DNA of 64,000 nt. Source: Planctomycetota bacterium (GTDB taxonomy: Bacteria; Planctomycetota; B15-G4; SIAN01). The stretch lies in the NCBI GenBank assembly GCA_031409275.1, contig JANNXA010000027.1, positions 96,001-160,000 on the forward strand. The letters are read 5' to 3'. Every line of letters starts with the position of its first letter. The stretch's first letter is position 1. The notes below the pieces were generated by a model. The model was not told the DNA's origin. It saw only the letters and a list, made by a program, of their open reading frames with translations, and did no database searches. Below, piece by piece: positions 63,075-64,000 of the stretch. The translations under genes were made by a program, and so were the position numbers.

Positions 63075-63815
63075 TCACTCGACCGTGATGGAGCCCGTCT
63101 TGATGAAGAGGTCCTCGGTCGGCGGTGCCGGATCGCGCATCTTGCCGCACGCCTCGATCTTGCTCAGCGCGTCCTGACCGTCGGTCATCTCGCCGTAGAC
63201 CGTGTACTGGCCATCGAGCGCCGGCGTCGGGCCAAACGTGAGGAAGAACTGGCTTCCATCCGTGGTCGGGTCCTGGGTGCGCGCGGTGCTCAGCGTTCCC
63301 GCTTTGCTGTGCTTCACTTCGGGCTTGATCTCGATGCGCATCTGGTAGCCGGGGTTGCCGGTGCCGGTGCCGAGTGGGCAGCCGCCCTGCGCCATGAAGC
63401 CCTTGATCACGCGGTGGAACTTGAGGCCGTCGTAGAAGCCGAGCGTGTTGAGGTAGATGCAGCTCGACACGTGCATCGGGGCGACATCGGGCATCAGCTT
63501 GATCTTGATGGTGCCCTTGTTCGTCTCCATGACCCAGAAGTAGCTCTTCTTCGGGTCGAACGTGAGCTGCGGGGGCTTCGGCAGCTTCGACTTCCAACCG
63601 TTCTTGGTCGTGTCGATCTTCTGATCGGCGATGAACTTCTTCACGGTCTCGATTGCGTCACCAGCGGCCACGGCCTTCTCCTCAGGCGCCGCGGCAGGTG
63701 CCCCTTGGGTGGCCGGCGCCGCGACCCCCGAGGAGGCCGAGGCGGACGCGGGACCGCAGCCGCCGAACAAGCCGCTGATCAGGGACAGGGACGAAAGAAG
63801 CGCCATCGTGCGCAT
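63075..63815 (-). CDS. Cyclophilin-type peptidyl-prolyl isomerase, lipoprotein
   Basis: ETNKGTIKI.L.PDVAP.H, GFYDGLKFHRVIKGFMAQGGCP.GTG.G, GSQFF, LDGQYTVYG; lipobox FGGC. Confidence 0.93.
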   Translation of the reverse strand: MRTMALLSSLSLISGLFGGCGPASASASSGVAAPATQGAPAAAPEEKAVAAGDAIETVKKFIADQKIDTTKNGWKSKLPKPPQLTFDPKKSYFWVMETNKGTIKIKLMPDVAPMHVSSCIYLNTLGFYDGLKFHRVIKGFMAQGGCPLGTGTGNPGYQMRIEIKPEVKHSKAGTLSTARTQDPTTDGSQFFLTFGPTPALDGQYTVYGEMTDGQDALSKIEACGKMRDPAPPTEDLFIKTGSITVE

Positions 63816-64000
63816 CGTGTCGATCCTCGCTTGCGTTTCGGGGTGGGGGCGTTCGCCGACCGCAAATGCGGTGCACGCCCTGACGAGCGCTTCGGCAGGC
63901 GAAGAGATTGGCGGCGGCACGCCTCGGCCGCAAGTGGCGCCCGGCGGAAGCTCACTGCTGCTCGAGGTCGGCGCGTCCGCACTCCATGCCGCTTTCATCC

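Overview
High-GC bacterial chromosomal window. The gene content suggests a diderm organism, possibly an uncultured Planctomycetota lineage (inference only). Housekeeping genes include 2-oxoacid:ferredoxin oxidoreductase alpha/beta, a Rieske plus cytochrome b-c complex, a lipoate ligase family enzyme, transaldolase, gcvH-gcvP, an Mla/Pqi-type ABC transporter, queC, rpsO-pnp, a cold-shock protein and PPIases. Two loci stand out. (1) 29806-35866 is a five-gene small-GTPase operon: a DUF4388-TPR-TM-extracytoplasmic protein, a TPR-roadblock fusion, a stand-alone roadblock, an MglA GTPase with a long Ala/Pro linker and C-terminal membrane anchor, and MglB. (2) 51584-62911 holds a ~1950-aa multi-pass sigma54 activator (CBM9-like/HAMP/GAF/degenerate GGDEF/AAA+/winged helix). 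It is followed by an AT-rich patch, a -24/-12 promoter, a shortened Skp-like gene and an orphan lipo-secretin, and a large Ig/Gly-rich lipoprotein gene is transcribed divergently. Also notable are a solo integron integrase, a tandem DUF4139 protein with an internal signal peptide, a PNPase with an RGG-rich tail, and several structured intergenic RNA candidates. No CRISPR array, rRNA or tRNA was seen. All domain calls come from motif reading by eye, not database searches.
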